In this document: positions 25,082 to 38,744 of the stretch, piece by piece
Layout: each line of letters opens with the position of its first letter
How positions within the stretch are numbered: the stretch's first letter is position 1
Assembly (NCBI RefSeq): GCF_902652985.1
Contig: NC_047019.1
Span: 25,110,001-25,174,000, forward strand
Reading direction: 5' to 3'
Length of the DNA: 64,000 nt
Source of the DNA: Pecten maximus
Lineage: Eukaryota
Notes under the pieces: generated by a model
The model's input: only the letters and a program-made list of their open reading frames with translations
Database searches by the model: none
What the model was told of the DNA's origin: nothing
Position numbers and translations under genes: made by a program

Positions 25082-26399
25082 CGGCATTCCAAACGTGACC
25101 GAACTGGGCCTGTGCAATGTGTCCGATAATATGTGATTGTCTATGTCGACACCAGTCTGATGTATATGTTATCTGGAAACCGTAAATCACGTGATTCTTC
25201 GCCGTCTTGTGATTGGTTATCTGACATAAAAGAAAAATATAATGACATACCTCAATATGCTTCCATTGAATAATGGAATGTTTGGTGTGAAAGGCTCCAT
25301 AGATGAATCAGTCCAAAACAGTCTCACTCAGACAACCAAGTGATGCTTATATCATCAAACTGATTAACTATTCACTAAAACGAAATTAATTTGGATGATG
25401 AAAGTTAATCGATGAAATATTCAGACGAATATAATCTAATGAAAATATCATGAAATAGCTTTGTTCCCGTTACACTACCATTCCTATTGTTTTTGAATTA
25501 TTCTTCTTACTGAAATAAATTGTTGGAAATTCTGTAGAACAACCTATTGTAACTTCAGGCTCATCAACAGTTTTGTTTTGTTACAAATGTATAATGAACT
25601 GATGAAATGTTTATGTTGCGTGAGAGTGTTTGTGATAGAAAAGTCTCTATTGTGCCCTTCAGAGGCAGCCAAGTGAGTAGCATATGCTGTACCGTATGTA
25701 ACTAGGTGTAACAACGTGATCAATGAAATTGTCGGATATACATCTCAAACATATTTTTTCCTGGTTGAATAAAGATAATGCCGTTATCAATGGAACATGG
25801 TGTTTTGTTTATCGTATTCTGTACACGGTTAACTGATTCTAATCGGGAATGAGCGAAACCGACCGAAGAAATCTAAAATACACCCAAAAGCCTAACTGAC
25901 GTGATTTATCTTTACCGTTGTGATTTTTCCGCCATTTACCGATTTTATCCTATTTTTCCCGTTAACGATTGCAGACGTTAACCCTTTGAATTGCGAGTGA
26001 TGTAACAATATTTATCGAGAACAGTTTAAAAATTTGAAGAAATCAGGAAATACAACAGAAACAAGTTTAAACAGTCTTAATCACATTCAAGTATTTTTTT
26101 CTTTTCTTACGTCCATGCACGTTTATTAATCTTCTGTCACGCCAAGATTGCATCCTTTTGGCGATCCTGCGACGTCCAGAAAAAAACATATACTTGACAA
26201 TTTGGGGTCGCCTAGAACACTATCTGATAGCCTGTACTTTGAGCGTGCACAAAGTACACGTCGTTGTTTTCCGTTCTGATATGCACGCAATAGGAACCGT
26301 GTGACATACTTCTCCTATAGCGCCACAAAAGTGCCATGGGCGTGCACAGAGGGCGCACGTGATCGCAGTGCAGACGACCTGGTTGTCAGTGGCTCTTGC

Positions 26400-26715
26400 A
26401 CGGAGACTCATGGAGACCTACGACGGAGACCTCACGACGGAGACCTCGCGGAGACCTCAAGACGGAGACTCCGCGGAGACCTCACGAAGGAGGCCTCGTG
26501 GAGACGTCACGACAGAGACTTCGCGGAGACCTCGCAGAGTCCTCACGACTGGTACCTCACAAAAGAGACCCCACGAAGGAAACCTCGCGGAGACATCACG
26601 ACGGAGACTTCACAACGAGACCTCAAGACGAAGACATCACGAAGGAGAATTCGTGGAGTCCTCATGACGGAGACCTCACGGAGACCTCACGGAGACCTCA
26701 CGGAGACCTTGCGGA
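26400..26715. repeat. GC-rich short-unit repeat (cggagacctca[cga], 11/14-bp units), probably the interior of a non-autonomous DNA transposon
   Basis: Direct reading of repeated ggagacctca units. Explains the overlapping TETSRR-type ORFs in all three frames. Confidence 0.75.
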
Positions 26716-27994
26716 GTAGCACTTGGAAAATTTCACTGCGTCTCCCTTGGGAGCTGACATGGCACTCATTGGTCTCCCACAGCGCTTCTACCTCTTACAT
26801 CAGCAATCAGTGTTGGTAAGGCGTCTAAAAATGATTCCTCAGATCCGTAACCCCTTAACATTCTTGGTGTAATAAATACATAATTACAAAATGTAACGTT
26901 CTCTAAAAGAATAATGCAAAATACAAATGGACAGGACAGGGATATACCACCGTGTCCTGCAGCAGTTAGCGTTACACGTAACGGTTAATTTGGTTTTGTT
27001 TAAAGTCCCATCAAAAGATAATGTCACTTATTTAAGTGTCATCTATATATGACAGTGATGTTGATTATCTAAAACCGAGAAAATACACATACAGTTACAT
27101 AAACCTAATAGTGTTACATGCTAAAATGTTTTTCTACACATGCAGCTTTTCAAAATAATCTATAACTTGTTGTAGATGCTGACAGATTCTACTGGAGAGG
27201 TACTTTGTGGTAAGATGTAACAGCGAACATTTACAATTCACAAAAACAATTAAGCTGCAACATAACAATTCCGCTATGCTCACAAATGACTATTACGTAT
27301 AATAAGAGCATTTGTTTGACTTTGATTTCAATTATATATATGTATAAAGACTTATTTTGTTTTGACCAAAAAATGCAGATGGCGGCTATAAATAAAATCA
27401 CACAAATATGGCACAGAGGAATGCATTTCAGTTAATAACACAATTCTTTTGGCTGTTTTTAAGACCTCTGATCATAATAAGGAGGATGTATACAAGGCAA
27501 GATAGAATCAGTGCTTACATTTATATAAAGTCAATCTGGTCAAACCAATGCTCCTACTTGTACGCTTTACACACTTGTGAGCATGATGGTATGGCTATTT
27601 GTGCCATATATGATTTCTAATGTTTTGTCGGCCTTTTAAAAATCCGATATGGACCAACATACATCAGAACTCATGCCATATTGTAAACGGCGTAGCAAAT
27701 AACATGTCTACAGCAAGTCCCACGGGTAGTCACGATATATACTGTCACTTAGGACATCATCCCCTGTATGTGAGATGCATGCGTGTGGTGAATGTATGTG
27801 TCTTGGAGACCGCGGTATGTTCATGTTTATCTCGTTGTGGTTGCGCAAAGCTGATGCCGACTTTATAGTGCCACCTCTCTGGATCATGCTGCCGGAAGAA
27901 CGCCCAGAAGTACGCATCACCCGGTAACAATATATTGACAACGGCCGAAGCAGTCATGCCGCTCACAAAAATGATTAGTGCTTAACAGAAGTAG

Positions 27995-28065
27995 CATATC
28001 TCGGCCAGGGGACAGAACCCAAAGCCTTCCATACAGGGACGAACGCTCAACTAAAGGCTAAAAGG
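27995..28065 (-). mobile_element. SINE head fragment (same family as 1720-2220)
   Basis: Reverse complement reads ttagcctttagttgagcgttcgtccctgtatggaaggctttgggttctgtcccctggccgagatatg, which aligns to the head at about 1731-1797. Confidence 0.7.
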
Positions 28066-28682
28066 ACACGTAAATGAGTTACCTTCAACATATCACACAT
28101 ATTACAATAATCAATTACAGACATGTTACATGTACATTAACAAGTACAAAGAATTAAGTTTAGTTTTCAATTACGCCTCTTGGTGACAAGATGCTTATTC
28201 TGAAATTGCTTTAAAATGGACATATTGAAATAAAGTCGAACTCGTCTTTAACGTCAATGTACATGTATTACCTATTCTGTTTCTGATATTATGATATCTA
28301 CCAACTTCTATATTCATCTTACGAAAAGCAATATACATTTGGGTAACATGTATGCTGATATTTATTTTTCTATGTGTCTACGTAGATAGAGTTGAACACA
28401 ATTATTATCAATTCAATGATGATACAATGGACCTTTTGCTGAATCAGATTCCTAAGATAGTGTATGTTGTTTGGTCATATTAATCAATCTGTGTTCTGTT
28501 ATTTTAAAAGTAAATTATCTAGTAGGACCGTCACTAACTTACATGATCCTTTATGATACATTTAACATCAACAGGAAGATACAACAACACAATCAATGAT
28601 TGCGAGAGCTCACCGGTGGCAGCAATTACACTATGCATTCATTGTTTATGTATGTATAAGCATGTCATTTTGAAATTGTACG

Positions 28683-29022
28683 TCACATAATATCGTTCCT
28701 AGACCCCAAATAGATGTATAAACCAAATAAGAAGTGTGTAGACTTACAAGCTTTCCAAAATTTTACCCCCAAATCCTTAAAGTGAGTTTTGGTGCCACAA
28801 AAAGTCCACAAAATGGTAAAATGCGACAAAATCACAATTTTTTCTGCATGATTTTGCCACAACATCACTCCTAGACCTCTAATGAATGTATAAACCAAAT
28901 TAGAAGGGTGTGAGGTGTACACTTTTGGCCTTAGAAGCTTTCCAAAAACTGACCCCAAAAACTGACGCTGACGCCGGGGGTACAGCATTAGCTCACGGTT
29001 ACTCGTTACCGATGAGCTAATA
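28683..29022 (+). mobile_element. Helentron-associated non-autonomous element (HINE/DINE-1-like) fragment
   Basis: Two internal subrepeats (tagacc...atgtataaaccaaat..gaag.gtgt), a gacgct/gacgcc microsatellite and a terminal hairpin ttagctcacggttactcgttaccgatgagctaa. Confidence 0.6.
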
Positions 29023-29339
29023 ATTGTATGTACAGTAGTCTGTCTGACCGCTGATACCTGGTTTTAATTAATAATAGTGTCCCCCACTACTATAACTAGT
29101 GCTTGACTAATAACAAATATTTGCTAGTCCTTGCCTATGACTATTGACTCGGCCCGTACTAATTACAACTTTACTGGTCGCCGGTCTGTGTGACCACTTA
29201 CATGGAGTTAGTGAATGTAGTTAATAGTGACTAGCAATATATACCATCTGTCATGATCTGACGCTCTGACTGTTACAATCTATAGTTATCTGTCACTTTA
29301 CCCCTGGTGTTTGCTGCTAACCTATGGCTAATTAGTTGT

Positions 29340-29490
29340 TGACCGTCAACTCTACTTACAGCATTGTCGTTGACATGCCTGCCGACTACATTGTAGTCAC
29401 TGACATGCCCGCCGACTACCTTGTAGTCGCTGACTTGACCGTCGACTACCTTATGCTTGTAGTCGCCAACTACCTTGCAGTCACTAACCT
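29340..29490. repeat. Short degenerate about 30-bp tandem repeat (gccgactaccttgtagtcactgac-like)
   Basis: 4-5 imperfect copies. Explains the repeated ADYxVV pattern in ORF 29336-29668. Confidence 0.65.
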
Positions 29491-32400
29491 CTCAAGCTTC
29501 TGTCAAACAATCTACATACAAGGAGAAGATCGTGGTCACATCTATCTTTCAACCAACTATTTACCTTTTCATTGGTGCATCTCCGCTTCTGCCCTGTTCT
29601 GTCGGCATTTATTTATCTATTTAATGGGTTTTACGTTCTCTATTACGGCCTTGCGGCCATTCAGCTGACGAGAACAGAGTGAAAGAGGAGAGTGGGATTT
29701 AAACTTAAGCAAAGGGATTCATAACAACATGATCATTTACATTGAATGACCAAAGCCGAATTTGCCTGATAATTGTTGTTTCTGTAAACTATGACTACAA
29801 TTAATGATGCTATGGACATGTAGCAGATGTTCCGTATAATAGTTTTTTATGTTCCTCAAACTTAAAAATAACAAAATACATATAGACATTGAAATGGCCA
29901 CTATAAGTGACATTTTAATAATAATTCTAGAATAGTTAAAACAATTACATAACAAAGCATAAATTCAAAGTAAAGTTTTTCCCCCCACAAGTAAGTTACA
30001 TTTCGCCTTAGTAGGGATGTACAACTCCGCCATAACTAACACACAAGTTAATTCATTTATACACAACACTAAAGTTATGTATATTGAATGGATTGGCAAG
30101 TGGGTGGGTTAATAAAATTGACTAACAGGCACTAAATTGATGAAAAACTGATGACGATCAAATTGGCGTAAACAAAGGATTTCTCTTTTCTTTATATGAA
30201 TGCGCATACGGCGAAGGCTGTAACATTGAGCTATGATTTTAGACCAATCGGATTAGCAAGAATCATGTACCCTTTTGTTTACAAATATCTCATGTTAAAG
30301 ATGCTTAACCCATACATTTGTGGCAAATCAGTAAACAAATTAGAACTGGTGCATCATTACATTATACATCAAACTAATAATATTAATCTCGAGTGTATCA
30401 ATAAGTTAGTATTCTTAGTTTTTGTAAGCATGAATTAAGCTAAATAATTAGCTGCCCTTTATTTCCCTCAAATTTAAAAATAACAAAATACATATAGACA
30501 TTGAAATGACCACCATAAGTGACATTTTGATAATAATTCTAGAACAGTTAAAACAATTACATACCAAAGCATCAATTCAAAGTAAAGTTTTTTCCCACAA
30601 GTAAGTTATATTACATTTCGCCTTAGTAGGGATGTGAAAATCCGCCACAAAAGTGTGTTTATCTGTATAACAGATAAACACAACTTTCCCCATGGACATG
30701 TAGCAGATGTTCCATATAATAGTTTTTCAATCGGGTCTTTCTAATCAGATTATAATCTGGCATAACAAGTTACATATAAGAGTAGTTATGCATATGGAGA
30801 TGAACATTGTATGATCAGTCAGCTGTTTGTACATATATATTATCACTATCTAACAAAGAGACAAAATTACCAGATTTCAGTTTAATTTTTAGCAGCACAA
30901 ACACCCACCAAGTTGGCCCCGGTTCCGCCATTGAAGACATTACATTTCTGGCATTTAGGCCACATAACTTTCTTTCCCTTAATCAAGCATGCCGGTATAC
31001 CTCCTTCTTTCTGCAGATTTTCCTCTACCCAGGCCCAAAGTTTCTATGATATCTGGAATGTTTGATTGATATATCAAATAGGTGTAAATGGAATATCTAT
31101 ATGTTGTGAACATAAATTGTGGTGAATTTTCTCACTAAATTTGACATAGATACAAAAGAGTACAATTGTTTAGATAACATATCTAATTAAACGATACAAT
31201 GAATTAAATATTCATATTCACTGACATATTACGTAAAGGTGGGGTCAGCATTTGGACCCTGCATCAATTTCTTTCATATTTTCCTCATATGTAAATATAT
31301 GAAAATAAACCATAACCCCATAAAGGATTAGTCATTATCACTACGGATAGTCATACTGGACCTCCTTGCACAAAACGCTAGATATTTGTCACAGGTGAAT
31401 GTTAATTTTCCAATAACTGATACCATTGTATAGTGTATAAATTATAATACTTATTATTTGAAATGATCTTCAGAGGTTATAACATTAGAAATATGCTTTT
31501 TGTAAAAGTCATCTATCCTCTAAACAGGCTACCTTAAGGCTGACAGTTATTGTGATACCAAATATGTTATATTGGCAAACCCGAAGTAAGCGCAGTGACA
31601 CCTTTACTTAAAAAAAAATATGCGCATTTTTCTTAAAACTAAATATACATCCAACATTGTCAACATGATTTTGTATGGTTTTAATCACAGTCTACCTTTT
31701 ATACTTTGATACTAAAAAAACTTTCGACATATTATGCTGTATACAGACAAAAAATAATCTAATTTCAAAACCGGTAAGATGCTTTTTTGAGCACGCCAAA
31801 CATGCCCTTTGCATCAATACCAATAATCATGAAGATTTGTCTATTAGGTTATTTATTTAAATACTACTATTTTTCTATTTTTATGACATACTAAACCACG
31901 TCAATTATATTGCTTATGATTTGAAATGATCTTCAGAGGTTATGAAATTAGAAATATGCTTTTTGCAAAAGTAATATACCCTCTGAACAGCAAAATTGAA
32001 GAAAAGAAATTGATAAATATCTATCAACATGTTAATTATCTTTCCATTTTGCTTTATTAAATAAAACATGAATGGATATTGATAAATTTCATATTTCTAA
32101 TTACCCCCTATAAGATAAAGTGAGAAATGATAACCTTATCTGACACCTGACACAAGCTATGTTCTCAACATATGTATATAAACTCTGAAGCTTACATTTA
32201 TGGGAGACATTCTTAATTCAATTTCAACAACTTCATATATCTCATTAAGTTCACTTACTAAAGACCTATGTCAGATAAGATAAATTTACCAGTTTTCAAT
32301 TCTTTTCATGAATCATATATCATCAATCATACATTGTGTTGCTGAAAGATATCATTAGCAGCCAACTTTTAACCAAGTATAAAAGGTAAACTAGTGATGG

Positions 32401-33169
32401 AACTATGCAAATTCAGTTGTCCAACATGGGACTTTTCTTATTTGTAATGGAGTTTTGCAAGGATTTTTGATTAAATTCCCCTTGAAATATCGTAATATTT
32501 GGTATCAATATGTTCATTTAATATATTATGAACACAATAATGAAATAATTTTAAGGTAATTGTGTCATATAATACTCTGGGGGAATTATATATCAGCACC
32601 TCAGACAGTGACACAGATGTTAGTCAAGGAGGTCCCATTTTTCTCAGAATTAATTCTGAAACGAACTTTTACAGCTTAAAGCTTCTCATACCCATACCTT
32701 TTTGTATTTAACATGTTTTGAAAATCCAAGCGGGGCCGATGCTAATGTTAAATCTCCATATATGTTGACCACCACACCTTTGTACACGAGCTCACTAATA
32801 ACTAATCATATTAATTGGTAATATAACAGCAAACACCTTTTAGCTATAGACAGGCCAAATTTTGTTTTAAATGTTGAAAGGATCACATTCAGTGTATTAA
32901 CAGAGAAAAGAGTGTACATGCCCAATACTAAAATCGCAATTCTAACTGTGTAAAAACAAGTCTGAAAAACTAACAGAACGGCATATTGTTTACAACTATA
33001 TACTTGTAAATTGTAATGTTGATTACAGATCGACTAGTGTATATGTCGACACTGAAAATTTGAGAAAAAAAAACAACAAAACAAACACATGTTGCCATAA
33101 CCAATTCATGCAGGTTACTTAAAACGGGATTTGATTACTAATACATGCAATGTTTACTTACTGATCCAA

Positions 33170-34950
33170 TTAGCGTATTATAATGCCATGAAACGTTGGC
33201 ATTATAATAAATCCGTTCCTATATGGTAGACACACAACTTTTCTTGTCAATGTCTCCTGTTCCACAACAAGCTGCCGGACATCTCTGTGCATGGACCTCT
33301 CATTCACAACAGCAATGTTGATTAGTTTTGAGTTACATGGTGTTGTGAAGGAATTTTCCAGTTTATTTATACTGTGGACATCACATAGATACTTCGAGCC
33401 GTGTTGTTTACTCCGCACACTTACAAATGACTCATTGTCTAAGAGGAAACAGTTGTCTTTCTTTCTTGGGAGAAATCGCGGACGACTTGGTGTCATCTTA
33501 ACTTTGCAGCTATCAATATCTTAGATTCGTTTAGCCAGCTGAGCAATGGGATTCTTGGAATTCCGTTTTTTTAGTTCATGCAAAAACTTTTCAAACTGGA
33601 ATGCACATACATCGTTAAATGAGGAATTGAAATGTTTATCATCTTCTGTAAGGTGTGTTAATGCATATACATTATAGGAGACAAATGTTTGGGTGTACAG
33701 ATCGCTAGAAAGTTGCACATAATAACAAAGCAGTTCTTCTGAATAGTCAAGGTTAATAAAATCTATTACCTGTAAGTGATCTCGATAACTTACAGGTAAT
33801 ATATTCTTTTACTCGCACCTCTTACAAAAATGTACATATATCTAGTTGTGTAATAACAACCCATCTATATATGTGTTTAGAGTGTAAGAGTATCCCGTCT
33901 GGGGCCTCTCGGTTCAAAGCCGATTAACCACTTCATCTGCGCTTCGAATTCAGTCCTTTCGCGTGAAAATATAGTTCGGTTATATCAAAGAAGAAAAACA
34001 ATGATCAATCGGTACATTTTATTTTAATGATAAACAACAACCAACCAAACAATGCATAGTAATTGAATTCATGACAAAAACAGTTTGAATGCACAAATCG
34101 AGAGTGTTACGTCACTTGCGCGGATGAATACATGAATGGGTTAAAATTCCGCCAAAACTCACGTAAAGGTACCAGACAGATCGGACGAGATAGAAAAATC
34201 TAGCACTGGGTATCACGTGAGATTTCCCTGTCCGAGGTGCGAGAAAAGTATTTCTGGATTTTGTGATGGAATCCATAAGGATTGACATGGCAACGGAAGG
34301 GAAAGAAAATGACTATAAACGTTATGGGGCAAAATGGATCGCAATACCTCGGACCAGTATATAACACGAACTGACGATATTCTGTTGCTTTCCATTTGTC
34401 CATTTCATAGAGAGACCTTGGTTGTCGTGCAAACTCTTGAGGCATTTCCCCATTCAATGACAGCATCTTTTTAGATACCTGTCTCTGCGACAACTTGCAT
34501 TGTCTAGGGCCTTGCTTTAAGGAGGTGAGAAGACGCTTGACAATTTCAAGGCACACTTAATGCATGTAGTCCAATGCAAATGCATGTATACAAGACAAAC
34601 CAGCGGCAATCAATGGAGTTTGCTTAATGTTCAGTACGGGGCGATTCTGTTAAATTCGTCTTCACTACGGGGCGATTCTGATGTATTCCTCATTGAGTTA
34701 AAGACGACTCTCACATCCCATTGCCCTTTTCATATACACCTCTAGCAACTGAAGTAGGCATTATGACCTTTCATGCACTTCAGGAAGGATCTTGCAAGCG
34801 CATCACCTACAAAGGCATGGATATCCTTGTTTCCAAATTGAATATTAGCTCCCTTTAATTTCTTTATGTCTGCTAGGAAATCAATGAGGAAGTCTTCGAC
34901 AGAATTTGGCTTACTTGTTTCACAAAATAATTCTACAATAAAAAGGTCAA
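33170..34950 (-). pseudogene. Decayed EnSpm/CACTA (CMC)-type transposase
   Basis: Minus-strand motifs in the expected order: AFVGDALARSFLKCMKGHNAYFSC*RC, LDYMH*VCL, EFARQPRSLYEMDKWKATEYRQFVLYTGP, FVSYNVYALTHLTED...CAFQFEKFLHELKK...NPIAQLAKRI. In-frame stops, frameshifts and an internal insertion at about 33757-34200. Confidence 0.88.
33928..34140. mobile_element. Possible piggyBac-like MITE inside the EnSpm pseudogene
   Basis: Flanked by TTAA on both sides. Imperfect TIRs ccacttcatctgcgc and gcgcggatgaatacatgaatggg. Confidence 0.4.
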
Positions 34951-35749
34951 ATTACAGCGGTGTATATAGGTGTTATTGTGAGGTATGAGAGGTGAGCCCA
35001 ATGATTGGTTGATTGTGTCACATTGACCCATATGACCCTATACCCGTCGACGTGGAAAACCTTATATTTAAATACAGTATCATAGTCTCGTTTGGTGTCA
35101 GTCCTCGTTTGTCACACTCAGGTCATGCATTAATTCTAGATAGGGTTGTTTTCCTTCATATTAACAGCATAACCAAATAAAATGCATAGAATGTTATCGT
35201 TTTATTGCATTTTATTTAGTATCTACCGTTTGTTTTGTGGGAAAAAGTCCATTTTCTGGTGAAATTTCAAGCAATCTTCTCTCGCTTGTCGTCAGTCTGC
35301 CATCACGTTTGATTCAATAATCACAGTAGTGTCTACCTTTTCCTTTTTGGAGTACATGCGGCTACAGAACAAAATAGGTCCAAATCTGATTTGGGCACGT
35401 GACCTAGCTGAATCTTCTATTTTGCAAGATCCTCCCTCTGGTGTTATCAGACACCAATCATGATGTTTCGGGTTTCCGCATGTTTTTTTAAACCTACCTT
35501 TGCCAATAAATGACATAAAGCACAGAGGCAGAAACCAGAAGAAAAATACCTTTTTTTTTTTTTTTTTTTTTACATCAATATCGTATGTTGGCTATAAAAT
35601 ATTGCTTACAAAAAACACAAAACAAAACATAACAACATATTCTTTAATAGTGTATAAATCACGATCAACACGTAATTTCGTGTTTTCTCAACGTTCAAGT
35701 ATTATATAATGTGCCTGGCATTTGTCGGTTTGTGCGTGTACCTATAAGT

Positions 35750-36445
35750 TGTGACCCGGGTACAGATACATCTGGACGTGACCCCGGGTACGGATACACC
35801 CGCCCGTGACCCCGGGTACGGATACACCCGGAAGTGACCCCGGGTACGGGATACACCCGGACGTGACCCCGGATATGGATACATCCGGACGTGACCCGGG
35901 TGCGAATACACCTGGACGTGACCCCGGGTACTGATACACCATGACGTGACCCGGGTACGGATACACCATCACGTGACCCTGGGTACGGATACACCATGAC
36001 ATGATCCCGAGTACGGATACACCCGGACGTGACCCCGGGTACGGATACATCCGGACGTGACCCCGGGTACGGATACACCTGGACGTGATCCCGGATACGG
36101 ATACACCTGGACGTGACCTCGGGTACGGATACACCCGGACGTGACCCCGGGTACGGAAACACCCGGACGTGACCCCGGGTACGGATACACCTGGACGTGA
36201 CCCCGGGTACGGATACACCCGGACGTGACCCCGGGTACGGATACACCAGGACGTGTCCCCGGCTACGGATACACCTGAAAATGACCCCGGGTACGAATAC
36301 ACCAAGACGTGACCCGGTACGGATACACCCGGACGTGATCCCGGGTACGGATACACCAGGACGTGTCCCCGGATACGGATACACCTGAAAGTGGCCCCGG
36401 GTACGGATACACCCGGACGTGACCCCGGTACGGGTACACCCGAGT
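35750..36445. repeat. GC/CpG-rich minisatellite, 28-bp unit gtgaccccgggtacggatacacccggac
   Basis: About 25 tandem copies with occasional 27-bp units. Source of the long YPYPGSRPGVSVPG ORFs. Confidence 0.95.
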
Positions 36446-36994
36446 ATTTTCCCGCATATCTGCTGTATAACTCATATAGATCTATATTTATCTATCTGAA
36501 TTTACAGTCTTTTACATTACAATGACAATATACTGTACAAAAAGTCATCTTACATGTGAATAAAAAAACCCTGCACAGTACGTTACGTTTCTACGTTCAA
36601 AAAACGATTAAAGCCATTTTAACCCTGTTCTGCAAATTGTTTCTGTTTGAAACTGTCAACGATTTCTATATTAAGATAATTGAATTTCAATGATTCATTA
36701 AAACAAAGATTTTCATTTTTATCGACATTGACCTCCAAGTTCCAATTTACAGATCATGTAGTGAATTTAACACACATTACAAACATTATGGAGGATATAT
36801 ATTAGCATTATCTAAAAAATGCTTATAGAGGATAAAGTACCGACATGTAAGATAATATGACACCTGGCTCATTCGGCTGTTTACTTAATAATTGATTACG
36901 TAATAATCAATAAAACCAAATGCTTTTCGAAACCCCATTTAAACAACAACAAAGTCGCTCCCTATGTTGAGGACTTGTAATCTATTCACTCTTT

Positions 36995-37196
36995 GAATGG
37001 TACATCTGAGAGGCCGTCTGTAGGACGTGGAAGTGGGTTTGAGCAAACCACATTAAACGACACGTGAGCCATCTTTATCGTCCCATTTTACCGTGACTGT
37101 CCTTATGCATGTCCACAGGTACCGGATGATGCAGATGTTGTGAACCTCATTCGGGGACGAAGACGGAGGAGAGCACGAGGGCTTGGGAGGCTCTAG
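36995..37196 (+). pseudogene. Possible remnant of a hAT transposase C-terminal dimerisation domain
   Basis: Frameshifted fragments TSER..., LMHVHR and DADVVNLIRGRRRR resemble the hATC tail (ERSFS...LALMHVHR..D...V...F..RR). Heavily degraded. Confidence 0.35.
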
Positions 37197-38211
37197 GATA
37201 GCAGTGAACAGTAAAAATGCCAAATTCTGAAAAATATGGCACATGTTTTAGATATGTAAACATTGCCAGTTAACCTTACATATAAACTCTAATAAAGTAT
37301 ATATATTTGTAATCTGTACAACATTTGCAATTTTAATAGAGCTCTGAAGGATAAGTAAACTGATATTTTCCGTGATTTTTAGAGCTGTGAATACCATGGT
37401 AACAACTTAAAAAATTCTCAAAAATTGCAAAATATTATGATATTTGACCCAAAATGGCACAATTCTCTACACAATTTTTTTTCTGAAACCTATGGTGGCT
37501 CGTTAGGGCCAAGTATCAAATCTCGCATTCTCGCACTCTCGACCTTAGGTCGAGAACGCGAGAATGCGAAAACGCGACGGCGAGGGAGCGAAAACGCGAG
37601 ATTGCGAAAGAGCGAAAACGCGAGAATGCGAAAACTCGACGGCGAGAATGCGAAAACGCGACGGCGAAAACGAGAGATTAATCTCGCACTCTCGCCGTCG
37701 CGATTTCGCTCCCTCGCCGTCGCTCTTTCGCAATCTCGCGTTTTCGCTCCCTCGCCGTCGCGTTTTCGCATTCTCGCGTTCTCGACCTAAGGTCGAGAGT
37801 GCGAGAATGCGAGATTTGATACTTGGCCCTAACGAGCCACCATAGAAACCTATTTAAAATTAAATATCTCTATCCCAAAGACAGAATTAATCTTGTTTGG
37901 ACATATTTTGTAAATTAAGTTTTTCCGCCATCTTACCTTTTCTGTGGGCTTCCATTTTTCGCTGTAGGCAAAACTAAATTTCCTGTGTAAAAACACACGT
38001 TCGGAAAATCCGGATATTTGAAATCCGGAACCAATTTATTAATTTTTGTTTAAATAAATGTGAAGCCTGTATGTACTACTTCATACTGAATATACCAATT
38101 ATAGTGTACATTTATTTTTTCTTCATTTTTTTATGCATATCATAATACATGAGTTATTTGCTTAACAAAAAAAATTGCCATGGCCAGGCTGTCTTACTGT
38201 GGTGTGCTACC
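37197..38211. mobile_element. Non-autonomous DNA transposon (PIF/Harbinger-like), copy B, carrying a nested MITE
   Basis: Nearly identical to 7574-8222 once 37490-37845 is removed. Ends gatagca...tgctacc, flanked by tag/tag. Confidence 0.85.
37490..37845. mobile_element. Near-perfect palindromic MITE with internal cgagaatgcgaaaacg subrepeats
   Basis: ctatggtggctcgttagggccaagtatcaaatctcgc.../...gcgagatttgatacttggccctaacgagccaccatag. TSD is aaac (or gaaacc), confirmed against the empty site in copy A at about 7862. Confidence 0.92.
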
Positions 38212-38744
38212 TAGGTACATCAGTGTCTGGACGCCAGCAGAAGATTGAAGCATAGTCATAATCATCAGCAAGACAACAACTTATGATGCTGTTTCTACAC
38301 TGGTCACCCAGTGACAACTCCTGGCGTCGTAAGCACTCTAGGAGACCGAAGTCAATCGGCAAATTAAAATTCACGGGAACGAGGTAGCACCCAACGGGAG
38401 CTCCCCTCAGTCACCGCAATGACACCCTGACATTCCTACTTTGTTCACAATTTCAATAGAGTGGAATGGTTTCAGAATTTTCCTGTGATCCCTACAGGCG
38501 CTGTGCCAACTCCGCGGAAACGCGGTAGAGTGTGACAGTGATTGTTTTACCATTGCCCATATTGTACGTTGAAGACGTCACAATAAACGTTTAAAGGTCT
38601 AGAATCTTGGTGTTCTAACCCCTCAGGTTACACAATGCAGAATAAGATTTTTGTCCCATCTATTTCAATAATGATGTATATATACCTGGATTATTTCGCT
38701 AATGTAACAGATTACATAATTGTGTACAAATGCTATTGAAGTGA

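Noticed and set aside
26301-26819. Overlapping Arg/Thr-rich ORFs
   Set aside because: Produced by the cggagacctca repeat, with no protein-family signal.
35695-36475. Long Pro/Gly/Arg-rich ORFs (up to 229 aa)
   Set aside because: Artefacts of a stop-poor 28-bp repeat; the frame rotates each unit and several frames are open.
37425-37845. Mirror-image ORFs on both strands
   Set aside because: Consequence of a palindromic MITE.
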